Assembly: GCA_028534125.1 (NCBI GenBank)
Contig: CM052816.1
Coordinates: 25,670,001 to 25,734,000 of the forward strand
DNA: 64,000 bases
Direction of reading: 5' to 3'
Source of the DNA: Lama glama
Taxonomy: Eukaryota
The notes below the pieces were generated by a model, which did not search any database, was not told where the DNA came from, and saw only the letters and a list, made by a program, of their open reading frames with translations. The translations under genes were made by a program, and so were the position numbers. Below, piece after piece: positions 49,301 through 61,769 of the stretch (position 1 is its first letter; each line of letters begins with the position of its first letter).

Positions 49301-50174
49301 AAGAGGCACTCTCTATGTGGGCTGTGTGTGCCCACCTGTTGTGGCAAGGTTGTGTTAGCGGCTGGGTATTGGTGGGCTGGGCTAGCCCCCAGAGTAGCTG
49401 TGGGACCTGGCCATGGTGGCTTGCAGGCGCAGTAGGCAAAGTTATCACCCAGCAGGCTGGAAGGCCGAGCTGAGGAGCATAGGTGGGCAGAGTTCTCAGC
49501 AGGGCACACCCCAGCAGTAACAGGTGGGATGGTGATTTCCACAGTGGCGCATGCCAGTGCTGGTATTAGCACAGTAGCCTGCAATCACAAAAATGACTTT
49601 CTCCAGTGCTTCAGAGCCCAGGGAGCATCTCAGCTGGTTCCTGTCTCTCCAACATATGCTTCAGGAATATTAAATGGGTCCCCTTTACCCATGGTCCATG
49701 CACTTTCAATATGACATTTTTATGCTGCTTTTCAAGTCAAGTGAGGGTGCACATGAGCCTTTAAGAGCAAAGTTTTTGTTGCCTGTAGTTCTGTAGTTTT
49801 TTTCATGTGTTCCCTGTTGGTTTACAAAGCCAGATATTTAGGGGGCTCATCTCTCCTATGTAAGATCTAGGGGTTAGGTTGCCTGATGTGGAGCTCAAAT
49901 CCCTTGCTCCTCAGGGAAATTAACTGTACCTTTGTGATTATTCCCAATTGTGTTTCACTGCAGCCGGAATATGGCTTTTTCCCTTGGTGTGATCATGTCT
50001 CTATTTCTCCTACCCATCCCAGTGTTGTCCCTTTACCTTTTGTTGTGGAGACTCTGTTCATTCAGTTTTCAGGTACTTTTCTGAGAGAATTTTTCCACAT
50101 GTAGTTGTGGGTTTGCTGTGTCTGTGGGAGGAGGTGACTTCAGGATCTTCCTACACCACCGTCTTGAACCCCTC
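46385..50174 (-). mobile_element. L1 (L1MA-type) retaining its 5' end, 5'UTR, ORF1 remnant and an internally deleted ORF2
   Basis: On the minus strand it begins GAGGGGTTCAAGACGGTGG...CACCTCCTCCCAC; ORF2 ATG at 47834 (MAMSTYLSII); remnants [22 protein letters not shown] (47423), EIENLNRPIT (ORF 47555-47752) and [29 protein letters not shown] (46716). Confidence 0.9.
47213..47325 (+). mobile_element. Short L1 3' terminus with A-rich tail, opposite in orientation to the host L1
   Basis: TATATTTGTGAAAACTCATCAAAC...TTTTATCGTATATAATT...CAATAACGCTGACTTTAAAAAAAAGGAAAAAG. Confidence 0.7.
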
Positions 50175-50359
50175 ATCACATTATGCTTATTTTATTAGGT
50201 CTTCTTTTCTCAATAACTTTAAAGAACTGGGTAGAATAATTTTTTAAAAGGTGGGCAAATGAATAAAGCAAAATATTAAGTAGTAGTTGTGACCTAAGAC
50301 ATCATTAATTTAATACCCAAGTGTCTTTAATGATGATGGTCTACTGCATTCACACATTT

Positions 50360-50510
50360 ATAATAGATAAATAATGCAAATTCATTGTAAGTATTTCTAA
50401 TCATGCAGAAAAGTGTAAGAAATATAATAAAAGCACTAAAATCCCCCAACCCACTGACAACTACCATTAACATAAATTTATATATTATCTTCTGCATGCA
50501 TAAATAAGAT
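50360..50510 (-). mobile_element. Possible L1ME-type 3' remnant
   Basis: AT-rich CAGAAAAGTGTAAGAAA...AAAATCCCCCAACCC...AACTACCATTAACAT pattern. Confidence 0.3.
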
Positions 50511-51939
50511 TTTGATGGTGTACTGACTTCTTTCCCTGTAAATAACTCTGTGCTCAGATTTTCACTTCTGCAAAGGAGTATGATGTATATAGATGGGTCT
50601 TCAGATGGCATCTCCTGGGGACCTTTCAGGGACTCCCTTCCACAAATCCAATTTAAAGTAAAGTAAATACTGTGAAACAGATACAATGATGTCCTATTAC
50701 AGACATCTTGGCATTTGGATATAGTCTGTCTCATATTTTTTCTCATGGTGCATGTATGTGTACTTCCTAAATAAAATGGTCTCTTTCTACCCCCTCTAAA
50801 GAATTGATAAATGTTTAATTATACTGCATTCCATTGATTTATTGCAGTGAACTGAATGGAGGTGAATTAAAGAGAGCCATATGGGAATTGTTGAGTGGTT
50901 GTTAAAACATGTCTCTACTCTTGTGGCAATGTGGTGCCTTCAGTCTCCCAGACATAACAACAAAATGAAAAGACTTGTAATCTTCTAAGATAGCAAAATC
51001 TTTTAAAGTCCCATCCAAGTGAAAAATGTACTGCTTTATCAAAAATGTCCAAAAATAAATAAATTAGACCCGCATGACTCTCTCAGTATTTGAATAAATC
51101 AGAAACAAAGATTTTTAAAATTATCTCGATAGGTATACATGTTATCTTTATTCTCAGAATTATCACTTCTTCGTACTGTAATCTATTCTTGAAATCCTAT
51201 TCCTTCTAGGAATAGAACCACTGCTAGTAAGTATTTTAAATACCAAAATCTACCATTAGAAGTCAGGAAATGAGGCATTAAATAGTTCAGTTGTTTAGTC
51301 TATTACGATTTCTCACTGATGGGCCACTGTGGGTCACTGGGTAGGGGGAGGCGCTATAAATCGGGCTCTTTGAGAAAGCAGCAAGAAGACGTCATCACTC
51401 TCTCTGAAATGAAAGATTCTCCTGTGCCTGATAATTGCCACTAATAATCCCTAAGGTGTATTCCTTATCCAGCTAGGGGATTTTTAAACTTTTTTTTACT
51501 GGAATGACATTTTTTTCCTCCTCTAGTTAGAAATCAGAGCTTTTTAGTACATGTCATGATCAAGCTATTGGAATGTCTCCCACAAATGGATCTACACTTG
51601 TAAAGCACCCCAGTAATCTTCAGAAATAAGCAGGTATCCAGCATGACAGGGGAAGAAGAGGTGTAGCCTATCAGAAAAGCAATTCCACTAAATAGAATGG
51701 GGCCTAGGGTAAAAAAAAAAAGATAAATTAGAGCCCTTTCATCTGTAGAATCAAGATAAACAAAAGCAGTGGAGAAAACTTAAACCCCTATGGTGGCTGG
51801 TAACTGGCCACCATCTGGCTTCCATAAATCCCTTGGAAGTGGAGAAAGCATTTCAGGTGCTAAATGGGACAAGGCTTATAGCCCATATGTTGAAATCAGT
51901 GCATTTACAAATAAGCATACCGTTAATTACAGTTACTTG

Positions 51940-52382
51940 TGAATGGTAGCAGCAACAGCTATTGCATCCCAATAATCGTTTTCCTGTTATTTAATACCAG
52001 AATCCTGACTTTAATCTGAGCACATCAATAAACTAGACATAGAACTCTGTTTTTCCACCACCTTTCAATTAGATGTGACCACGTGATGAAGTTCTAGCCA
52101 ATGATACAAAACCAAAATGTTATCTAGTATTTACAGAAAGTTTCCTTACACGGCAAAGACTGAGCCTTCTTCTGTCTTTCCTTGTCCTGCTATACAGAAT
52201 AAGAAAATGTAGACCGTTGTAAGGAACATGGAACAGAAAACTAGAGGGAACCATGCCAGTCCTTGACTCACTACCTTCAGATTTACTTTACTTAAAAGAG
52301 AATTAAACTCTTGTATTGTTTAAGCCACTGTTGTTTGAGGGCTCACTCTTATTTGCTGCTGAAATGAATCCCAGCTAATACA
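51940..52382 (+). mobile_element. MaLR LTR, MLT1J-like
   Basis: TTAGATGTGACCACGTGATGAAGTTCTAGCCAATGA; TTGTTTAAGCCACTGTT; ends AATCCCAGCTAATACA. Confidence 0.75.
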
Positions 52383-53669
52383 GGTTGAAAATGAATACAG
52401 ATTTATATAATGTTCAAATGTGCTGGCAACGCAGAGGGATCAGCCAAGGTTGTTCACACAGGCTAATGGGAAGGACTTCAGCCTAAGTACCCTTGTAAGT
52501 AAAAGGGTGAGAGGGTGGCACTGGGACCAGAGGTGCCATGCCCAAAGTCCAGGAAGACAGTTACTGTATTTGCTCCCCACTGAGCCTGAACACTGTCTCC
52601 TAAGACTTCTCAATTCCGTGAAGATTCAAGCCACTTCTGCCAACCTTTGGACTGGACATAAGCTCAGAGAGACATATAAAGGCCCTAGAGCAGTGTTTCT
52701 CAGCCTTTTATTTGACACCACTTCTGGTAAACATAAAAAGCTCCAAGCCATCACCCTTGAGATAATGATACATCCCTGAAGAGTTAGTACCCCCACACAC
52801 CATGCCCTTTGGGAATAACTAGAACAGAGCTCCCATCAGCTGTCTGGGCGCTGCCAGAGGTACTCATTAGGGGGTTTTGTTCTTTGTGTATAAAGCGGTT
52901 CTCAGTGTTTGGGTTTTTTTTTTTTTTTATCTGCTTCAAGAAATAGAGTAGATGATATTCACAATGTGAAACACCCATGGGCATGCCCAGAGTGAAAAGA
53001 AATTCCCAGCTTGCTCACTATAACACCATCATTTTCTATCCCACTCGGGAAGGCATATAGGAGTTGGGATGAGAAGGATATTATTACAAACTGTGTAATG
53101 ATGTGACAACTTTGAATTCCCTTTAATATATGAAGATATTAACTCATATCAAATTTTTGTAAATAACTGGCCTCAGTTAAAGATCATCTGTAACAACACT
53201 CATGAATACAGCTTCAACATGCCGTGACACCTCCAAGAAAGCGGCTCATTTATAAAACTCTTCTTTTGCTATAATCCGTACTGAGGACTCCAGACTCTCC
53301 TCTGTGATTTCCAAGCCTGAGAGAGGCTTCCAATATAGAAAACTATTCACCAGGTAAACAGCTGAGCAAGCTTCCCTATGCAAATGAGTTCTGAATAAAA
53401 ATCTCTTTAATGATAATAATGAGGATGCTGATCAGAGCCAATTATTTGAAGCTTCATAATTTGTATATTAACTAAACATCCTCATAATTAAGCAAGTTAG
53501 CCTAGGGAAATGCTATTCATTATCAGCTCTAGTGTATTTTGGTTTTGAATTTTCTGCTCTAAAATAGTCCCATGAATAGGAAGTGAGCTTGTATGTGAGT
53601 AACTGGAAGCTGAAAGGAGAGAGCTTAACAAATCGGGGGTGTGATTATCATTATTGCCATTATTTTAAC

Positions 53670-53990
53670 ATAACCAGAAGTCTGGAGGGAAGCTGTCCAA
53701 AGCTGGACTGTGGCCCCAGGTAGCTAATAGGGATCCAAGCTCTTTTCTATTTCTGCTCATCACATCCTCAGGGTGAGGTCTCATAGGGGGCCAAGATGGC
53801 AGCCCCACCCCACCTTCATGCCCCATTTCAAGCAGGAAGGGGATGGCCAACGGCAGCCACCAGTGGAGTCAGCTTATTTTCTAAAGAGCTTGCCTAGACA
53901 TTCTACCTGGCAACTTCCACTTACACATCGGTGACCCAACAGATCACATGGTCACTTTTAGCTACAAAGTGGGGCTCGGGATATACTATG
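53670..53990 (-). mobile_element. MaLR LTR fragment, MLT1J/K-like
   Basis: CAAGATGGCAGCCCCA...TTCAAGCAGGAAG; ACTTCCACTTACAC...TCACATGGTCACTTTTAGCTACAAAG. Confidence 0.65.
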
Positions 53991-55341
53991 TTATGGAACC
54001 TGTCTGTGTTTTTTGTTCATCCCTAATGCATCCTTGTTGTTTTTGTTTAAATGTCTCTCTTCTCCTTTTTTATGATTAAAAACATTCTGGAAAGATGCTA
54101 TCATCATACCTTTTAATATTTTTCCCAACCTACAATGTTCTGATCAGTTGGCCCTTCTTCACAAGTCAAACGGTGCAGGTTTTTATTTGTAAGTAATGGA
54201 AGCCCTCTTGACATCTGACAGTCAGGCTCACTGCGTCCTGCTCTACACGTCAGTAACAACTGGAACAGTTCTGGAATTAGCACTTCGCTGTCAGTTTTGT
54301 TAATGATATTTCAGGCAAAGGGGAACACAACCTACTCTTCCGGGGATATGACATATTGACTCTGCATAGCTGACAAAAGGCAAATGTTGGTTTAATGCCA
54401 AATTCACCTTTCAGATATGTCATAAGTTCTAAACAGCTGAAAAAAGAATTAGTAGTGCTTAACTCTATATTAGAAAATTGTGTAAAGCTGAATTTGAAAG
54501 TTAGCTTAAGAAGAGATTTTTTAATTATTATCAGTCATCAGAAAATCTCCATTTCAGGTGACATACAGAAATGAACAATAGAAATACTTTCTCCTCAGAT
54601 AGCATTTTCCCAACCAAAATGAGAATTGACAATTGCTAATATTTAAAATGACCCTTGAAATAAGCCTAAACAAAGATTATACACTTCAGGAAATTGACAG
54701 AATGGTTGACAATGGTCTGTGTAAATTATACACTATAATCATTTTTTGTAGGAAAATGGGTCTTCTCCTCATAGTCTGTGGGTCCCATGCTATATTTTGT
54801 CACTTTTAAAGCAGCACATTATGATGGATTATTTTCTTGTCGTGAGAGCACAGATCTAAGAATTCGAACAAAGCCTCCAGCTTTCTTCTTAGAATTTCTA
54901 ACTGCTGATTTGCTAGTAGAACAGCTCAGGATCTACTGTGTTATTCCTTGAATCTTTGCTCAAAGGCATGCTGACCATATTTGTCCAAAGTGTACAAGCA
55001 CAATAAGAGCACACACATAAGGTCTGGGAAGCTACCAGACCTTACGTGCTGAAACGCCTGTGCTGTCTGTCCACTGAAACAGATGCACTCCTAATCTTTC
55101 CCCCTTAATCCAATAGATTTAATAAGTCTACAGTATAAACAATTCAAGTGGATCAAGAACATATTCACATTTTTATAGGTCCGTTTGATACGCTAAAAGC
55201 ATCACTCTCTTGAAACATTATGTTAACACATAAATCAGGCATAGTTTTCAAAAGAATGAAACAATGACACATCATAAGGGCCTTGTCAGTCTTTTCACTT
55301 AGAGCAAAGATAACTACTTTTTCCCCATGTAGTTTTTGGGA

Positions 55342-55873
55342 TTTTTTTAAGTAATTGTTTTCAATTGTGGTGAAATACATGTAATATAAAACTTACCATC
55401 TTACCCATTTTTAAGTGTACAGTTCAGTGGCATTAAGCACATCCACATTGTTCACAAGTAGCAGCAGCATGCATCTTCAGAACTTTTTAATCTTCCCCAT
55501 TTGAAACTCTATACCTGTTAAACAATAAATCCTCATTACCCACTCCTGCCCAGCCTCTGGAAAACACCATCCTACTTTCTATCATTGTGAATTTGACTCT
55601 TCTAGGAAGTTTATATAATTCGAACCATAAAGTATCTGTCCTTTTGTGACTAGCTATTTCATTTAACACATGTCCTCAAATTTCATCCATGTCATAGCGT
55701 GTATTAGGATTTTCCTCCTTTTTAAGACTAATATCCCATTGTACATATATACCGCATTTTTATCCATTATCTGTCTGTGAACCCTTGGGTTGTTTCCAAC
55801 TTTGTTGGTTGTGAGTAATGCTGATATGAACATGGGCATACAAAGAACTCTGTGAGTCCTTGCTTTCAATTCT
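55342..55873 (-). mobile_element. L1MB2/3-like 3'UTR
   Basis: TTACCATCTTACCCATTTTTAAGTGTACAGTTCAGTGGCATTAAG; GAAACTCTATACCTGTTAAACAATAA. Confidence 0.9.
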
Positions 55874-56049
55874 GTTGTTTCCCATACATTTTTAAATAGT
55901 AAAGCCGAGTACTGGTGTTAATTTCCTATGTGCAGGAAAAAAAAACTTCATAAATGTTCAGGAAGAAAATTCAGTCTCGTGGGTATCAGAGAAACAGAAG
56001 ATAGTAGGAGGAATAGGCTCACCTCGGTGACTTCCCAGCTTTGTAACCA

Positions 56050-56147
56050 AAGGACCTTGTGGGAGACATTTGAGCTCTGGTTTCCTCATCTGTAAAATAA
56101 AAGCCTCTAATTATGTGATTAAGGCTCCATTCCAGTCCTATAATTCC
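56050..56147 (+). mobile_element. MIR3-like fragment
   Basis: GTTTCCTCATCTGTAAAAT followed by TAAGGCTCCATTCCAGTCCTATAATTC. Confidence 0.6.
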
Positions 56148-57084
56148 TTGGTTTGATGGCTCTAATCAGCTCAGGACTTCTCACTAAACCTTACGTGATA
56201 GTTCATAACGCTCCAGGACCTGACCCAAAGTTTGTGGGATTTTTATTTTTAAATTTACTTTTTAAGCTCTGAAATTTCTTTCCCACTTGTAGGGAAAGGG
56301 AAACAAGACATTCATTTGAAAAGCAATTGGCATTTTTCAAAAGTATTTAAGAGAAAAATGAGTGCCCCAGGGCATAATCCTTGTGGGTTATATTCTTTCT
56401 GAAAGGAAAAACGTATTCACTTGTAATATCACTGTAAGTGTTGTGAGAATTTGCAGCATATTATCGCGTTATTTTTCAAAATTGTCCACTGGTGTGCTCT
56501 TCTTAAGATACGGTTTAACTCAAAGAATCTCAACCAGTATGCTACCCAAGGGAGGTTTTTCCGGTTACATTTTACCCCAGCGAGGTGGTGTGCGGACGTG
56601 CGATGGTCGGGCGAGGGTAACCGTTTTCCTCTCTATTGTGTAGTGAACACCTTCAACTCTTCCCCCAGTTTGGTTTATGTCTGAGAGTTGAATTACCAGT
56701 TTGGATGACTCTTTGGTTCAAATAAGCTACATTATTGCAAACTTTCCACTTCGTTTTCTGTTGAGTAAACACAGAGCTTGCGTTCAGGCTGTGGTTTTGC
56801 AATCTGACCGAGCCCACTCTCGTCCTGGCACAGAGGCTGCTGACCGCCTGCCTCCTGGGCCTGGCAGAGCATCAGGGACGGCAGAAGGGGCTGGTGGTGG
56901 TCAGACACATCAGGGCTGCGGCAGATTGCTGGACTGTGGGCCTTTATGTTCTGTGATTGGTTTGCACCCTGACAGGTAGCACGTAGGAAGCGTGTGATTG
57001 GAACAGAAAGTTAAGCTTTACGCTGGGTGTTTTATTTCTGGTCTACACACATAATTCTGCCTCTCCCTCCTCTTCCAGTCCTGT

Positions 57085-57290
57085 GGAATTCAAGCATGCC
57101 TGCCTGCCCAGCCTTTGAGCCACTGCCTAGTGATGCCTCTGTGTGCCTCAGCTTCTGCATCTGTAAAATGGGCATTGTAAGAGTGCTACCCCCTCGGTGG
57201 GTTGTGAGGATTAGATGAATTAATACAGGCCAGATGCTAAGATGCTGTACCTGGCATGTGGTGAGCTCTGGGCACGTGTCCATGAGTATT
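57085..57290 (+). mobile_element. MIR
   Basis: CTCTGTGTGCCTCAGCTTCTGCATCTGTAAAATGGG...GGGTTGTGAGGATTAGATGA...TACCTGGCATGTGGT. Confidence 0.85.
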
Positions 57291-58880
57291 AATATTCTCC
57301 CTTGAGCTTGGGCCCCTGACTACCTTCACAAGTCATCTCAGTGCCTGGATTTTCCATGGAACCTCTTCCATGGTTCCAGGCCCTTTCAGCTTGCCTCATG
57401 CTTTGGGACATCTATGCCTGAGTCTGACCCATTTCCAAACCTTTCTTATCACACACTCCCAGGCCTCCACCCTGCGTCTATGACCAGCTGCCCCATGCAG
57501 TTCTAGCATTAACAATAGTCAAGGTTTGATTGGGATGAAAAGCTCTCTTTTTACAGCCTGACCTGAGGGGAGATTGGCAGGGGCACTTGTAGCCTGGACA
57601 TTGTCTACTGAAGAACCTTCTAATCTGCTGAAAACTGAGCAGGTTGGAGCCTTGTACCGACCCCTGCACCCCTCTCCCCTCAGGTCCTCCTTGATGATGC
57701 ATGTGGGGTGAAGCCGTGTCTCTTGTCCTGAATCACACAGGATGTCAGTAACAGAGCCAGAAATCGGGGCCAGCTCCTGGCTTTCCCATAGTTATATTCT
57801 ACCCACTCAACTCGAATGCCAAAAAAAAAAAGGCACCGCAGACATTTCATCAACCTGTCTCTTCTGTCAAATTACATTATTCTCAAATTGTGTAAGCCTT
57901 ATGTAAACAATATCGCTTCACACATGGGGTTCCATAAGTACATTTTCTGCGTGTTTCTCACGCAGCAGGTTTTCTATGGATGGGAATATAAAAAGTGCCA
58001 AGATTTCAAACTTAAGAAAACACTTAAAGGGCAGCCGTCCAGCAGCATTAGAGTCATGTTTTGCCCTGAGGCACAGGCGCGTAAGTTCTGTGCAGCTGGG
58101 CTGTCATAGGTGGTACTCATTACCCCGCGCTCAGAGCGGGACCTGTTCCTGCTCCACTGATTCACTGAGACCCCATGGCTGATGGACTTCACTGACGTTG
58201 GAAGCACATTATTTTATACTTCCTTGCTGCCTCTTTCTTCTTTTTGACACTCTTGTGCTCCCTTGCTGTTTCATTCACTCTTCAGAATAACCATTAGCTC
58301 TCTATTCTCCAGCCATCCCCCCCACCCCGCCCCAAACATCCTATAATACCGCACATTCACACATGTTTATTTGAAGTTATTATATCTAGGGAAGGAGAGT
58401 CCCTTTTAAAACCCCCAAATTCATTACATAAAAATGGTCCTCCTATCTATCTGATTTGTGTTTATAGGCTTGCTGAATTTTTATTGTATTTTGTGTAAAA
58501 GATGGCATTTCCTCCAACTAGTTAACTAGCTACAAGTCCTTAAATTAGCTTTCACTATAATAAAATGAAAGCATTTAATTGATTGTTAAATAATTGAAAG
58601 CAGGCGCACTAAGGTATATTGCCGCAATTTAATATGTTGTACCATAAAATGAAGATGCTAAAACCCTGACAAAGAACAGCTTTGGAATTTAGCAGCAGGT
58701 ATTATAATTTATATATTATGCTGATGAAGACATTATGTTAAAAAAATAGACTTTTCTGCCTCCAATCCTTTCTCTAGACTATCTATCTAACCCAGAGTTG
58801 CCAGCTTAATCTTTGGAAACACCACTTTGTAAGCATTACATTACTTTCAGGAATCTTCCGTGGTTTACCATAACTTAGAG

Positions 58881-59047
58881 CATTGGTCCTCCACCTGGAG
58901 GGAGGGCTGGTTAAAACAGATTGCTGGGCCCCACCCCAGACTTTCAGATCTGGTAGACCAGGGTGGGGCCTGAGAGTTTACATATGTAACCAGTTCCCAC
59001 GTGAGGCTGAAGCTGCTGGTCTGAGGCCCAAGCCTGGACAACCATTG
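58881..59047. mobile_element. MER5A
   Basis: GTTAAAACAGATTGCTGGGCCCCACCCCAGA...GGGTGGGGCCTGAGA...GCTGCTGGTC; degraded TIRs CATTGGT / ACCATTG. Confidence 0.85.
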
Positions 59048-59123
59048 ACATTGAAACTCAGATTTTAGTATGACTTTCAATGTCTTTTCTTATAATAACA
59101 GGGCCTTTTTTATCTCTTTAAAT

Positions 59124-59625
59124 TATTACCGAGTCCATCTCGTTCTGCTCACCGCACGACAGGCCAGTGAATCAGGAGACAAGGTGTTGGGGCAAGGAAT
59201 AATGACTTTATTTAAAAAGCTAGCAGACCAAAAAGATGGGGAAATTATGTCCTAGAGAACCATCTTCCCCAAGTGAGCATTCAGGCTCCTTTTATACTAA
59301 AGTTTGGTTGTTGCAAACTTTACGTCGGAATCCTTTGTTCTTGAGCTGTCCAATAGGTCAGGTCTTGGTGTCCCTGTAAACCTCCAACAAGACAAATATT
59401 ATTTTCTATTGTGCAACTTTTTAAAATCTTTATGTGAATGGGAAAGTGTTATACCTTTAAAGGTCAGAGCCTTGAGAATAAGCTGTCCTGTGTATTTCAG
59501 GCTATAGGCAACATTCTTTTACAAAAGGTGCAGAACCAGCATGACTAAGTACGGGAGATAGAGCACAGGGTCAGAGCCAAACGAACAGATCTAATACGGC
59601 ATCAGGTTTGTTCTTCCCTATTACC
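59124..59625 (-). mobile_element. ERV1-class solo LTR (MER41/MER4-group-like, laurasiatherian)
   Basis: About 502 bp with a perfect 4-bp TSD AAAT (59120-59123 / 59626-59629); TATA-like and AATAAA motifs on the minus strand; both terminal dinucleotides mutated. Confidence 0.75.
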
Positions 59626-60254
59626 AAATGGTCATCCATGAGCCCCCTTCACAGGAAACTGCTATTTTAGTGAAATTCTTCTCTGTCTTCCCCAAAATTG
59701 ATGCTTCCATCTGTACTGAAATGGTTTCTGCTGCTTAAAACATATGCCCACCCTGGGGACCTTCGCATCCTATGCGGTGTCAGGGTTTCTTGCATCTCCG
59801 ATTATGATAAACATTGTTTTTTCTCTGCTGTGTATTTGCCCCCAATACAGGTTACCTTGTATTATTACTTATTTACCGATAAATGTGATCAAATAAAGTA
59901 GTTTGCTGTGTGACACAACCAAAAAGTTTGAAGATCTTAGGCAAGGTTCACATAACAAAGCCAAAATTGACTGCTTTTTTATTTTTACTTAAAAAAAAGA
60001 AAAGCATGATAATGGTCAGTCACCGAGCAGTCTTTCTGTTAGAAGCAAGTCGGCGATGTAGTTATCCCACAAAGCTCTCTGCTGCACGCAAAGACCTTTT
60101 ACCAATCCATTAATATGGATATGTGACGTTTTTCTCATGGCATGACTGAAAAATAAAACTGACTTCCACAAGCCTTACACGAATCAATCACCTGGTGCTC
60201 TTGATGGGTAGATTATTTCAGCTTCACGTCCCAGTTTTGCTGCGTATGTAAGTC

Positions 60255-60475
60255 TAGAGGTGGATTTACTATGAAGACAATGGAGCTTAAACGTCAAGCT
60301 CCTCACCTGCTTGATGGAATGAGCCCTTTCTGTGGCTTGGTGAGGAGCCCTAGTGTTCTGTTCGTGAGATCATCTATTCCTGTAAAATTGCAAAAGTAAA
60401 ATATTTCTTAGACTTTTTTTTCCTAGAGAGGGCCCCCCAAATTGTATAAGCATCAGAGCCTGGGTTGGACTCTGG
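60255..60475. mobile_element. Arthur1-like hAT-Tip100 non-autonomous element
   Basis: AGAGGTGGATTTACTATGAAG...AGCTTAA; GTAAAATTGCAAAAGTAA; GAGGGCCCCCAAATTGTATAAGC. Confidence 0.72.
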
Positions 60476-61769
60476 AACCAATTCAGAAGCAAAACTAAGG
60501 CTCTCAAAAATAAATGTTTACTCTTTCCCCTGGTTTTCTATTTTGCTTTTAATCCATAAGTATAACTCTAGAACTCTTTAATCAAATGAAGACACATATT
60601 TTGCCATTTGGAAATTTGTGGCCATGCTATTCATTTTTGAAAATGGACAATATTACTTTGTATTGATTTTATGTGATCGTATCATAAATAACATTATTTG
60701 AAATACAAGCAATTACCATTTAACAACGGTTATCTTTGTTAAATCAATGTGGAGCCCAGGAAAGTAAATATCATATTTTTATGAGCCGTGTGAAGAATGA
60801 AAAAGCCTAAACTAATCAACAAAGCATTGCACATTTGCATAAGAAGAAAGTGTGAAGGAGTGATGCTTCGGTAGCAATGATAGTACATGACACAACTCTT
60901 GCTGTCACAAAGAACACAGGTTTAGAAAGATTAAAAAGCACAAACTGGAAAAGTTAAAATTGTGTTTTCTTAAGTTTATGATCTGAGAAGAAGACTTAAA
61001 GGTACTAGAATATTTCTAGGACTTAGGTAGATTTGTTTCAAAAACAAAAAAGTAGTGTTTAGTGTTTTCTTTCAAAGCCATTCATCGTGAGCAGTTTGTC
61101 ATCACAACCAGCTCTGGCACTTGGCCAGTTCTTTTCAGGGACTGGCTTTAAAACAAGTGGCCATTAAAATCTTACCAAGTCACAATAGAAAATTCTTACT
61201 GTGATTCATTCTTGATGCAAAATTTCCTTAAATTACTGTATTCACTGAGAGATTATAAAACTTCATTTCATAAACCAAGTCATTTTCATAAGCAGTAAAT
61301 CATAACTTAGATTTCTCTTTACTTTTATCAGATACATTTTTGGTTTTCCAGGGAGAAGTTCCTAATTGTTTTTCTTCAAGCAGTAAATAGTTGCTAAGAG
61401 CAAGGATTTTCATTGTTACCCCTCATTTCTTGAAGATAGAATGGAAATGAAGTGAAATTTACATTATTGAGTACATTAAAAATTAGGCTTACATTTTTAA
61501 AGCCAAGAAACACAAAATGTTAAAGTTTAGGGTACTAAAAATTACTTAAGAAGGCACATTATACTTTTGATGAAATAGACACTATTCAATAATCGTTACG
61601 TGCGCAGTGGCACAGAGAAATTTTTCCATAAATGCTATTTGAATGAATGGTAGATGAATGTGTAAGTTACCAAGGATGAAAGTAAGAAAACTGTGTTGCC
61701 ATATACAACTGAAAAGGCTTCAATACATTAGTAATTGAAAGACGGCTATTCACAACACATTTAAATGAA

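Noticed and set aside
58516..58529. AACTAGTTAACTAG, matching the core of the E. coli trp operator palindrome
   Set aside because: A short AT-rich palindrome in mammalian context with no other bacterial or vector sequence; coincidence.
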